A stretch of 64,000 nucleotides of DNA from a virus. Below, piece after piece: positions 44,529 through 53,986 of this stretch; within the stretch, counting starts at the first letter, position 1; each line of letters starts with the position of its first letter. The stretch covers positions 36,323 to 100,322 of the IMG/VR virus record IMGVR_UViG_3300044796_000141; one strand, given 5' to 3'. The translations under genes and the position numbers were made by a program. Under the pieces are notes generated by a model. It was not told the DNA's origin. It was given only the letters and a program-made list of their open reading frames with translations, and ran no database searches.

Positions 44529-44744
44529 ATGAATATAGAAGAACTATCAGACTTTTTAACGCCAGCAAAATCTATCCCAACTTTAAGACAAGCTGTTGAT
44601 AAAGATTCGTGGAACAGTACCATCACGGTTCGCTGTCCACATTGTAATGCAATACGAAGATGGATGGATATGAGCGATAATAGATGTAATCGAAAAGGAA
44701 TTTGCATGGAAGAAATTCCATGGAATACAGTAATAGAACGATAA
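44529..44744 (+). CDS. leader-family small zinc protein
   Basis: MNIEELSDFLTPAKSIP...CPHCNAIRRW. Confidence 0.7.
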   Translation: MNIEELSDFLTPAKSIPTLRQAVDKDSWNSTITVRCPHCNAIRRWMDMSDNRCNRKGICMEEIPWNTVIER

Positions 44745-44748
44745 ATAA

Positions 44749-45234
44749 ATGGATAATCAAGACAGCATCATAAAGCAATATATAGAAAAAAATTGTAAAG
44801 ATAACAAAGTCGATTCTCTATCGAAAGAAATTAAACATGTCTTCATGCCTTCTCTTAAAGAAGCATTCAGTTGTTCTTATCCTAGCAGTAAGACGGTCCA
44901 TATAAACGAGAAACTTTGGAAGGATTCGTCTCCCGAACAAAAGAGAAACGCCATAATTCACGAGACCTCTCATATTATTTGCCACTCTCTACACGGCTCA
45001 AAAATTAAAAACGAGCACGGGCGTGAGTGGGCAGATTGCGTGCGGGCGAGCGGTGAGACGCCCTACAATTACTTCAGCGAGCTAAGGGATAAGTCACTGC
45101 TCTGTGAGGTATCCTGTGCGTGTGAAAGCGTCTTCCTGACCAAGCTAGAGGCTTCTAAGCTGCCTGCCAAGTTCTATTTCTGCCAGGTCTGTCGTGAAGC
45201 GATAGTTGTACACAACAAAGCTCTTGACTTCTAG
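44749..45234 (+). CDS. SprT-like zinc metalloprotease
   Basis: HETSHIICHSLHGSKIKNEHGREWADCV; C-terminal CxxC. Confidence 0.8.
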   Translation: MDNQDSIIKQYIEKNCKDNKVDSLSKEIKHVFMPSLKEAFSCSYPSSKTVHINEKLWKDSSPEQKRNAIIHETSHIICHSLHGSKIKNEHGREWADCVRASGETPYNYFSELRDKSLLCEVSCACESVFLTKLEASKLPAKFYFCQVCREAIVVHNKALDF

Positions 45235-45321
45235 AGCGGCGTTGTGCTAAAGTACTTTTAGTTAAGAGCTGACCAGCAATTTCGCTGGCAGCCATTTAGA
45301 AGAAAGAAAAAGGAGTTTTTT

Positions 45322-45519
45322 ATGGCAAGTGTAGTCGGATGTGTATTGGGTGGTTCACCAACTAGAACCGAAGCGTCAACTGTGGCGGAGGTTAAGCGCA
45401 AGCTTGGTCTTTCAGGCAATTATACGGCGTCAGTGAACGGCGAGCCTGCGAATGATGCAACGCAATTGGGCGATGAAGATTTCGTGTCTCTTAGTGCTGC
45501 CGTCAAGGGTGGCCGCTAA
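45322..45519 (+). CDS. candidate ubiquitin-like / ThiS-like beta-grasp modifier
   Basis: 65-aa; TVAEVKRKLGLSGNYTASVNGEPANDATQLGDEDFVSLSAAVKGGR, C-terminal GG-R, next to E2/JAB/E1 genes. Confidence 0.75.
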   Translation: MASVVGCVLGGSPTRTEASTVAEVKRKLGLSGNYTASVNGEPANDATQLGDEDFVSLSAAVKGGR

Positions 45520-45626
45520 ACAACCTTTAAAAAGTTGTTGTTAAAGCTTTAATAGGTGCAGGTTTGGTGTAATCCTACTCAAAAACACCACCTCGTTTAT
45601 TTTAATTTTTCATAAAGGAAAAAACA

Positions 45627-46658
45627 ATGCTTGAAGATTTGACAGCCGAAGAAAAGATGAAAAATCTATCGGCCTTGAACTATATTAAGACTATCGCTAA
45701 CAGCAGTAATATTGACATTTCCGCTTGGGATATTTTGGAAGTATTTGGTCGGGAAGATAAACGGGGTCTTGAATTAGATAAAAAGACTTTGAATAAACTT
45801 TTCTTTGCAAAAGTTCAAAGTTCTCTTAATCCACCAACGACCGAAGAAACTAAAACTGAAACTAAAACAGAAGGCGTCATTGCTGAAAATGCAGTTGCGT
45901 CCACTGAAGACCTTACAGCATTGAAGAATGCTGTCGCTATTGCATACGAACGTACTAAAACTACTGCAATTGAAGCGCAAAAGAAAAATACTAAATCTGC
46001 CAAAGATAATATGGACCAATATTATCGTAATTTCCTTGAGTATGAAAGGAATTACATTTCTGGTCTTCGCCAAGTAAAGCTTCTTGAATCGACCATTAAG
46101 GATGGTTCAGAAAAGTATATTGAAGGCATTATTCTCAATCTCCGCAAAGTTATTGATAAGGGTATCTGGATAAATCCAGTCTTTGATGAAAACTACCTGT
46201 ATCTCAATACAAAGACGAACGTCGTTTTGCACGATGTCAATAAGTCTGCAAATCTTGACCTTCATCTTGACGTTGGCCAATTGGCAGTTCGTATCAACTT
46301 GAAGAATAATTTTGCTTTGTCTGTCATTCCCTATAAGGGAAATATTCAAAGCGGCGCTATGTTTCACCCACATGTTAACTCAGAAGGTACTCCATGTTGG
46401 GGCGATGCACAAAACATTGCAGTTAAGGCAATTGCAGATTATGATTTTGAAAAGGCTTTGACTCTTCTTCATACTTTGTTACATACCTACAATCCTGGTA
46501 GTCCATATATCAATTTGGCCAACTTGAAGGAAAATGGTATTAAGATGTCGCGTGTGGCAGAGCATTTGAAGCACCCAGACAAGAACAAAAAGAAAAAGGA
46601 AGAAGCTGCGGTTACTCCTACGCCGGCACCAACGCCTGCACCGGATGCACCGTTTTAA
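45627..46658 (+). CDS. E2-like (UBC/RWD fold candidate) protein 1
   Basis: HPHVNSEGTPCWGDAQN, candidate catalytic Cys after an HPH motif. Confidence 0.72.
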   Translation: MLEDLTAEEKMKNLSALNYIKTIANSSNIDISAWDILEVFGREDKRGLELDKKTLNKLFFAKVQSSLNPPTTEETKTETKTEGVIAENAVASTEDLTALKNAVAIAYERTKTTAIEAQKKNTKSAKDNMDQYYRNFLEYERNYISGLRQVKLLESTIKDGSEKYIEGIILNLRKVIDKGIWINPVFDENYLYLNTKTNVVLHDVNKSANLDLHLDVGQLAVRINLKNNFALSVIPYKGNIQSGAMFHPHVNSEGTPCWGDAQNIAVKAIADYDFEKALTLLHTLLHTYNPGSPYINLANLKENGIKMSRVAEHLKHPDKNKKKKEEAAVTPTPAPTPAPDAPF

Positions 46659-46673
46659 GCTTAAATTGATTTT

Positions 46674-47681
46674 ATGAGCAGAAGAAAAAAAAGAAAGACA
46701 AAGAGGACACAAATGGACCCAAAGAATTTTAAGAATATTGATGCAATGAAGAGTCAGATTATTGAAGGATTTAAGCCCGGTAGAAGCACGGTTCAAGGGG
46801 CGTCTGCAAAAGAGACTGCCGCTGATGAAAAGGAATTGAATTTTGGTCTCAATCTCATCGTTGAAGATGAGGTTTATCAAAAGGTTATGCATTGGGTCAA
46901 CAAATCAAATTTTGAAGTCTCTGGACTTGGAAATATTGTCTTTGAACCAGAAACCAATACCTTGCGCGTTATTGATGCAATTTTGCTGAAGCAAGAGAAT
47001 ACCAGCACAACCACCGATATCGACCCATCTGCGATTAATAAGGCTATGTTTGACCTTCGCAATGCTCCAGGCGAGCTTAAGTGGTGGTGGCATTCGCACG
47101 TGAATATGCCCGTATTCTGGAGTGGTACGGATATCGCTACCATTAAGCAACTTGGTGGCGGCGGCTGGTTTGCGGCAACTGTCTTCAATAAGAAGCAAGA
47201 AATGCTGTCAGGCTTTTGCCAAGCTAATCCTGTGCGCATGCTCGTTCCAAAGATTCCAGACCAAGTGGAACGTTATGTGGATGCGGCTAAAGTTGCCGAA
47301 TGGGACCGTGCATACGAACTTAATGTCAAGAATCTTAGCTATACCACTCGCTATTATTCTGCCAAGGATGACAAGGATTCTAAATCAGTGATTCACCACT
47401 ATAAGGGTGAGCACTTCTTTGGAAAAGATGACGATGACGGTAAAAAAAAACCGAACCTTCAACCAGTGACAAAAAAGCATGGCACTGGGACAGCAGTAAA
47501 TTCCGAAACTGGCGAGGTTGAAGTAGATTTTGATATGTCTCAATTCGACGCCGATTTTGAACCAGCAGACTATAATGGTTCTAATAGAGTTATTGAGCCA
47601 CAGGCCGTTACAGAAGAGCAAATGTTAGCAGCAAATAAGGATTGGAAAGCTTGGGTTTCTGGAGATTATAACGATGACTAA
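46674..47681 (+). CDS. JAB/JAMM-like isopeptidase
   Basis: WWWHSHVNMPVFWSGTDIATI, HxH-x(~10)-D signature. Confidence 0.82.
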   Translation: MSRRKKRKTKRTQMDPKNFKNIDAMKSQIIEGFKPGRSTVQGASAKETAADEKELNFGLNLIVEDEVYQKVMHWVNKSNFEVSGLGNIVFEPETNTLRVIDAILLKQENTSTTTDIDPSAINKAMFDLRNAPGELKWWWHSHVNMPVFWSGTDIATIKQLGGGGWFAATVFNKKQEMLSGFCQANPVRMLVPKIPDQVERYVDAAKVAEWDRAYELNVKNLSYTTRYYSAKDDKDSKSVIHHYKGEHFFGKDDDDGKKKPNLQPVTKKHGTGTAVNSETGEVEVDFDMSQFDADFEPADYNGSNRVIEPQAVTEEQMLAANKDWKAWVSGDYNDD

Positions 47682-48405
47682 AATAATTAAAAAAGCGGTT
47701 GCGGCTCCTAAAAAAGAAGAAGAGGTTATAATTCCTCAGAAACAAAAGTTTTTAGCTCGGCAATTAGACCTAATTCCAATGGAAGTTCTTAATCGCGAGA
47801 TTACTATCATTGGAGCTGGCGCAATCGGTAGTTTCACCGCCCTTTCTCTCGCAAAGATTGGCTTTGAAAATATCACAGTTATTGACTTTGATGAAATTGA
47901 TGATGCGAATATGAATTGTCAATTCTATCGAATTAAAGACATTGGTAAACCAAAGGTTCAAGCACTTCAAGAAATTATTAAAGATTTCACTGGTGTGGAA
48001 ATTACAGCAAGGAACGAGAAGTATGAGAGTGGTATTTTTAATGGTATTCTTATTACTGCCGTTGATAGCATGGCTGTTCGCAAGTTGATTTGGGATAATC
48101 ACAAGGAAATTTCTCTTGGGACTAATCTCTTTATTGACCCACGTATGAGCATTGAAAGCGCGCTTTGCTATGCAATGAAGCCATTTAGCCAAGACGACAT
48201 TGATTCTTATGAGAAGACTCTCTATACCGATGAGAATGCCGAAGCCGAACGCTGCACAAACAAGTCAGTCATGTATACTGTTCTTGGAATCAGCGCACAT
48301 GTAGCGAAAATCGTCAAAGACTTCTTGACGACTGGTTTCTATTGCCGTACAATGCAATGGAATATCGCAAAAAACGCTCAGCAATGCTACATGAACAAGA
48401 AGTAA
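47674..48405 (+). CDS. ThiF/E1-like adenylating enzyme
   Basis: EITIIGAGAIGSFTALSLAKIGFENITVIDFDEIDDANMNCQFY; candidate Cys in AERCTNKS. Confidence 0.87.
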   Translation: MTKIIKKAVAAPKKEEEVIIPQKQKFLARQLDLIPMEVLNREITIIGAGAIGSFTALSLAKIGFENITVIDFDEIDDANMNCQFYRIKDIGKPKVQALQEIIKDFTGVEITARNEKYESGIFNGILITAVDSMAVRKLIWDNHKEISLGTNLFIDPRMSIESALCYAMKPFSQDDIDSYEKTLYTDENAEAERCTNKSVMYTVLGISAHVAKIVKDFLTTGFYCRTMQWNIAKNAQQCYMNKK

Positions 48406-48452
48406 AATAGAAAGACGGCGGTCCGAACCCGCCTACACAGAAAGAAAAAAAA

Positions 48453-49205
48453 ATGGACGACGCTCAAAGAAATTTGTATATTAATCAATTGTGTGGACAA
48501 TCAGGCATTAGTAGTGACGATTTCAAAAAAACTATCGTTTCTATTCCTGCACTTCAAGACAAAAAAGAAATTAATAAACTATTTTTTGCGTTTCTTAAAA
48601 ATAGAACAAAGCCAACTATTGGCAGTAAAAAAGCTCTCGCTAAAAAAGCAACTACAATTGCAGAACAAGCATTGGCGGCAGAAAAAAGAAGTATTCTCGC
48701 GCAGATTAAAGATAAAAATCATGATTTGAATTATTGGTTTGATAATATCAAAAAAGTTCAAAAGTCAATTGACGAACTTAATAAAAGGCTCGTCAAGCCT
48801 GCAATTGATTTCGAATCAGAAATTAAAAAAATTATAGAGCAAGGATTTTGGATTAATCCAAGAATGACTAAAGACAGTCTTTCATTTACTACAGCAAATG
48901 AAGTTATTTGTCAAGATGTTCGACCAGGCGTAAACAAAACTTTAAATTTGGGTAAATACACGGCTAAACTCAATTTAAAATCGTTTGGGATGTCAGTGAC
49001 TAGCCAAAAATTTAAACATAGATACGACAATCGACATCCTTATGTTAGCAGCAGCGGTGGTATCTGTTTTGGTGATTCTTCAGATACATTTGATAAATAC
49101 CGCCGAGCATTTGATATTGAAAAAATGTTTCGTCTATTAGCCTCTCTATTGACAACCCATACAGGTGGTGGATTCAGTGGACTTGCTGACTTCGAAAAAA
49201 GATAA
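48453..49205 (+). CDS. E2-like protein 2, divergent paralog of protein 1
   Basis: NRHPYVSSSGGICFGDSSDTF aligned to HPHVNSEGTPCWGDAQN; shared GFWINP/GIWINP and ALTxxTxNEVICQDVRPGVN/YLNTKTNVVLHDVNKSANL. Confidence 0.7.
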   Translation: MDDAQRNLYINQLCGQSGISSDDFKKTIVSIPALQDKKEINKLFFAFLKNRTKPTIGSKKALAKKATTIAEQALAAEKRSILAQIKDKNHDLNYWFDNIKKVQKSIDELNKRLVKPAIDFESEIKKIIEQGFWINPRMTKDSLSFTTANEVICQDVRPGVNKTLNLGKYTAKLNLKSFGMSVTSQKFKHRYDNRHPYVSSSGGICFGDSSDTFDKYRRAFDIEKMFRLLASLLTTHTGGGFSGLADFEKR

Positions 49206-49359
49206 ATATATCTGTCATTGCATGAAAGTTAAAGAAAAAGATATAGTTAAAATAGGCGCTCGGTCACTAGAAGAAGTTATTGAGAAAACACAAGCTGGGA
49301 CATGCTGCACCGGATGTCATAAACGAATCTTAAAGCTAATCCATGAAACAAATATTTAA
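49165..49359 (+). CDS. BFD-like [2Fe-2S] domain protein
   Basis: ICHCMKVKEKDIVKIGARSLEEVIEKTQAGTCCTGCHKRI. Confidence 0.75.
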   Translation: MVDSVDLLTSKKDKYICHCMKVKEKDIVKIGARSLEEVIEKTQAGTCCTGCHKRILKLIHETNI

Positions 49360-50350
49360 AACGATTTACGGTTCACACCTATATGGCTCTAATGTAGAAA
49401 CTTCTGATACGGATTTTAAGGGCGTCTATCTGCCTTCTGCTAGAGAAATTCTTATTGGTAAAGTTCCTAAAACAGAGACACATAATTCTAATAATCAGAA
49501 AAATACCAAAAACACCAAAGAAGATACAGATATTCAATTGTATTCTATTGGTAAATTCTTAAATGACCTAGCGGGAGGACAAACTTATGCACTTGAATTA
49601 CTTTTTGCATCAGAAGAATTTTGGACAGAAGAACCAGACAAAGTTTGGCACAACATTAGAAAAAATACAGATAAACTTATTTCTTCTGACATTAGTGCTC
49701 TTATTGGCTATGCGCGTGCCCAAGCTTACAAGTATGGAGAAAAAGGCAAACGCTTAGGCGTATTCAATGACGTTGTTGATTTTTTAAAACCTAAATTTCC
49801 AGGACATAAACTAGTTCAGGCATTTTCTAGTGACCCGAAATTTAAAGAACTTCAAGAAAAACATAAAGATTTCATTAAAATCAAAAAATTTGTAAAAGAT
49901 GAAGTTAGTGATACAGAATATATTGATGTCAATGGTGTAGCTGTTCCTTTGGGCGCTTCCGTAGAGTATGCTCTGAGCGTTTATGAGCCACGTGCGGCTG
50001 AATATGGCGCTAGAGCTACTCAGGCTATGCTTGATGGCGGCATCGATTTAAAAGCCGTTTATCACTCCGTGCGTATATCCAAGCAAGGCACGGAACTATT
50101 AGAAACTGGCAACATAACTTTTCCACGCCCCGAATCAAAGTTGCTGCTAGAGATTAGAAATAACCATTACACAATAAAACAATTAACAGACATCGTTGAT
50201 TCAGCGTTTGAAGAAGTGCGACAAGCAGAGAAAACAAGCAAGCTGCCTAAAAAAGTAAATAGAAAATTCATAGATGACCTCTTGATTAATGCGCACATCG
50301 ATGTTATCATGGACGAGTGTGACCTTCAGTATAAGCCTATCATAGATTAA
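49343..50350 (+). CDS. nucleotidyltransferase (Pol beta superfamily)
   Basis: YGSHLYGSNVETSDTDFKGVYLP. Confidence 0.82.
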   Translation: MKQIFKTIYGSHLYGSNVETSDTDFKGVYLPSAREILIGKVPKTETHNSNNQKNTKNTKEDTDIQLYSIGKFLNDLAGGQTYALELLFASEEFWTEEPDKVWHNIRKNTDKLISSDISALIGYARAQAYKYGEKGKRLGVFNDVVDFLKPKFPGHKLVQAFSSDPKFKELQEKHKDFIKIKKFVKDEVSDTEYIDVNGVAVPLGASVEYALSVYEPRAAEYGARATQAMLDGGIDLKAVYHSVRISKQGTELLETGNITFPRPESKLLLEIRNNHYTIKQLTDIVDSAFEEVRQAEKTSKLPKKVNRKFIDDLLINAHIDVIMDECDLQYKPIID

Positions 50351-50373
50351 TTTTAAAAGAAAAAGGAAAAAAA

Positions 50374-51468
50374 ATGAAAAAGATATCGTTATTGTTTGTA
50401 TTTTGTTCTGCATGTAATTCTGGTTTTGTTCCCCCGGCGCCTGCCAGCGACCCTTCGCCAACTATAGAGACGGTAGGTGCAACTTCTGCCCAATGCCCAA
50501 ATGGCGGTAGTGATATCGTTATTACTTCGGGTGGAGTTGTTAAAAATGTTCTTGTTTGTGACGGCGCGAATGGTGCCACGGGCGCTCAAGGCCAAACAGG
50601 TGCGCAAGGCATTGAAGGCGCTACGGGAGCCCAAGGTCAGGCCGCATCATTGCCGGTTTTTACCGAAACTGACGCTGGAGAAGACCAATGCCCAACTGGT
50701 GGTGTTGACTTAACTGTTTCTAGTGGCGATTCATCAAAAGTTCTTGTTATTTGTAATGGCGATACTGGCGCGACTGGACAAACTGGCGCTCAGGGCATCC
50801 AAGGTGCCACGGGTGCGACAGGTGCAACCGGAGCCGCTGGTTTAGGCATTGTCTTTACCGAAGTTCAAGCTACTACACAAGAGTGTCCTACTGGCGGTTA
50901 TGTATTGGTTGTCGCAACCGATACGCAAGGTAATGGTGAATATTGCTTAACTGATAGAAATCAACAAAGTATGATTGTTTGTAATGGTGCTACAGGTGCC
51001 AAAGGTAGTACAGGCGCACAAGGCGCTACGGGAGCCACTGGAGCAACAGGGGCCGCGGGTGCTACTGGCGCGACGGGACAAACAGGTGCGACCGGAGCTA
51101 CCGGCCAAACCGGCGCCACAGGCGCCGCTGGTAAAAATGGCACAAACGGAACCAATGGCACTAATGCAACACAAACTCCATTTACGATTGTTAATGTGAT
51201 TACTCCTTGTGGTGCGGCTTCAAGTTCAGAAAAAGAATTATTGTTGTGTCTTGCAGACGGTAATATCCTTGCGGATTTCTCAAAAGATGATGCTGGTGAT
51301 TTAACTCGTCTTTCATTCATTCCACCAGGCTCGTATCAAGATACTGATAATAGCTACTGCAACTTCTCTGTTTGCTCAGATGGTTCAGGCGGTCTTACGG
51401 TTTCATGGGCTGCACAAAATGGTTGGGCGGCAGGTTCGTCTACTTGCGCCAATACGACCTCAAAGTAA
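50374..51468 (+). CDS. collagen-like exported protein
   Basis: Long GATGATGATGQTGATG Gly-X-Y repeats. Confidence 0.9.
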   Translation: MKKISLLFVFCSACNSGFVPPAPASDPSPTIETVGATSAQCPNGGSDIVITSGGVVKNVLVCDGANGATGAQGQTGAQGIEGATGAQGQAASLPVFTETDAGEDQCPTGGVDLTVSSGDSSKVLVICNGDTGATGQTGAQGIQGATGATGATGAAGLGIVFTEVQATTQECPTGGYVLVVATDTQGNGEYCLTDRNQQSMIVCNGATGAKGSTGAQGATGATGATGAAGATGATGQTGATGATGQTGATGAAGKNGTNGTNGTNATQTPFTIVNVITPCGAASSSEKELLLCLADGNILADFSKDDAGDLTRLSFIPPGSYQDTDNSYCNFSVCSDGSGGLTVSWAAQNGWAAGSSTCANTTSK

Positions 51469-51480
51469 AAGGAAAATTAA

Positions 51481-52473
51481 ATGTATAAATTATTATCACT
51501 AGCTGTATTGTTGTTTTGTTCCACCGCTAATGCTACCGATGTAACTTTGAGAGTTGATACTGGTTATCTTCTTCCTTTAAGCTCACCACAATCTGATTTG
51601 TTTGCGGGTGGCTTTAATGGCAATTTAAAACTTGCAATTAATTTAAATCGCTATGTGGATGTTGGTCCCACTGTTGGCTTCTTTTGGGCTTCGCCAAACA
51701 ACTTCCATGACGGGCTTGCAGAGGTCTTCGGTGCAGGCTTGCGTGTGAAGCGCCCACACGACCTAACTAGCTATGCGGGTATCTCGCCATGGCTGGATGC
51801 AGACTTACTTTATGTTCGCACTGGTAAGCTCAATATGCTTGGTTGGGATGTGGGGGGAGGTTTCAGTATTCCGCTTGACGATAAGCAACGCTACTGGCTC
51901 GGTCCTTATGTACGCTTTACTCAGTCAGTGCGCACTTCAGACCCAGCTTATGACCATCACGATGTCAATCTTTTTGCCATCGGTATTGAATTTGAATTTG
52001 GTACGGCTGGCGTAAAACCAGCGGAAGAAATTCCTGTAAGAGTAGTTTATCAAGAAAAGATAATTACCAAAGAAGTTCATAACGAAATATTTGAATGTCC
52101 TATACCAGCTTCTTTGCCAGTGGTTCACAAGAAGCTTATATTACTGAATAAGCTTTACTTTGCGACGAACAAAGATATTATATTAGCAAAATCACAACCT
52201 GCATTAGATGAAGTTTTGGCGGCTGTAAATAATCCAGAATATACATTCAATGTTTTGGAAGTTGAAGGTCATACGGACTCAACCGGCAGTAAGGCTCACA
52301 ATCTTGATTTGTCTAAGCGCAGAGCGCAGTCTGTAGCAACCTGGCTTGTCGCACACGGCTTCAAGGGTATTGCTATTGCCGCTGGTTATGGTTCAGAGAA
52401 ACCAATCGCAACAAATAAAACTAAACAAGGTCGTGCAGAGAATCGTAGAGTTGAATTTTTCGTCTCTGAATAA
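51481..52473 (+). CDS. OmpA-family outer membrane protein
   Basis: Signal peptide; LEVEGHTDSTGSKAHNLDLSKRRAQSVATWL...GRAENRRVEFFV. Confidence 0.88.
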   Translation: MYKLLSLAVLLFCSTANATDVTLRVDTGYLLPLSSPQSDLFAGGFNGNLKLAINLNRYVDVGPTVGFFWASPNNFHDGLAEVFGAGLRVKRPHDLTSYAGISPWLDADLLYVRTGKLNMLGWDVGGGFSIPLDDKQRYWLGPYVRFTQSVRTSDPAYDHHDVNLFAIGIEFEFGTAGVKPAEEIPVRVVYQEKIITKEVHNEIFECPIPASLPVVHKKLILLNKLYFATNKDIILAKSQPALDEVLAAVNNPEYTFNVLEVEGHTDSTGSKAHNLDLSKRRAQSVATWLVAHGFKGIAIAAGYGSEKPIATNKTKQGRAENRRVEFFVSE

Positions 52474-52980
52474 AGGATAATCAAATGAAAGCTAAAAAGA
52501 AACCAGAAGTATCAATGCATTTAGAATTAGAAGGTAAAGTTTTTATTACAGAGAAACAAGGCAGAACGGTCTTGACTCGCGAAGAAATTGATGGTACAAC
52601 AGTATTGCAGGTCTTGATAGCTGCCATCAGCGAAGGGACACAACGCCTAGAAACGGACGCCAAGTTTCGTGCCGGGGCAGTCAGGGCTGTAAAAGCGAAG
52701 AAGAAGTAATGGATAGTATCAAGTGGCATAAAGAACTTACAGACGGCGTAGTATATAACTATTTTAAAAATAAAGATGATTTAGTTAACGCCAATTACTG
52801 TAAGAAGATGTTAAATATTGGTACGGGTAGTTTTAATAAAATTATAGAACATTTTGAGATTCAACCAATTATCAGAAGGGCTCCATATATTAATTTCGAC
52901 ACTAAACTCTATAGTCTTTCAAAAATGAAAGAAATTAAGGACAAGGTAGAAATTAAAAATAAACGAGTAGTTAAGTTTTT

Positions 52981-53613
52981 ATGAAAGTATGTTTAATTAG
53001 CGATACGCATGGTTATTTTCCTGACCTCCCCGATGCAGATATTCTTGTACATTGTGGTGATGCTACCAGTATGGGTTATGGCTACGAGCTTAGTCGTTTT
53101 GATGATTGGCTATTTTCTTTTAAAGACCAATATCAAGAAATTATCTTTGTCCCTGGCAATCACGATATCATGTTTGAAAAGAATCCAGAGACTGCAAGAG
53201 CTATTACCAAAAGTATGACTGTTCTTATTAATGAATCTATTACTATCAATGGTAAAAAGATTTATGGCAGTCCAATGACTCCTACCTTTGGACACGGCTG
53301 GGCTTTTAATAGAAATACCGGCGTTCAAATCCAAGCCGAGTGGGATAAAATTCCAGATGGCTTGGATTTATTAATTACGCATGGACCGCCATACAATATT
53401 TTAGATGTCAATAGAAATGGACAAAACTGTGGCTGTGTTCATTTAGATTACGCAGTCAAAAAGAAGAATCCGCGCTTCCATGCGTTTGGACATATTCACT
53501 TGGCTGAAAGTGATAAAAAAATTGAAGTGACGCCGAGCACGACCTATATTAATGCTGCAACCTGTAATGAAAGTTATAGACCAGTTAATCCTCCAATAGT
53601 AATCGAGATATAA
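52981..53613 (+). CDS. calcineurin-like metallophosphoesterase
   Basis: SDTHG, VHCGD, PGNHD, THGPP, FGHIH. Confidence 0.9.
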   Translation: MKVCLISDTHGYFPDLPDADILVHCGDATSMGYGYELSRFDDWLFSFKDQYQEIIFVPGNHDIMFEKNPETARAITKSMTVLINESITINGKKIYGSPMTPTFGHGWAFNRNTGVQIQAEWDKIPDGLDLLITHGPPYNILDVNRNGQNCGCVHLDYAVKKKNPRFHAFGHIHLAESDKKIEVTPSTTYINAATCNESYRPVNPPIVIEI

Positions 53614-53986
53614 TATGATAAATAGAAATCGCGAAGAAGACCTATTAAAATTAGCCGATGAATTTATTAATAACTTAGAACGCGGCGATTGTGAATATGG
53701 CGGTTGGGGCCTAGATGACAAAAGACCATTTGGTAACTCAAGTGTTGCTTACGATATTGCAGAAATCATAGGAATTTCAGGTGATGAAGAGTTAACAGAC
53801 GAAGAACAAGAATATTGTCATTCCCTCTATGATGGACTTGGTAATTTTCTTCGTAAAAAATGGAATGAAATAAGAAAAAATGAAAAATAAAATTAAGCTT
53901 GCTTATGACTATTATTTCCATCATTGGATTTGGTGCGGTAGTTACAGATGTAAAAGAGAATATAAATTGAAACAAATGGAGATTAA

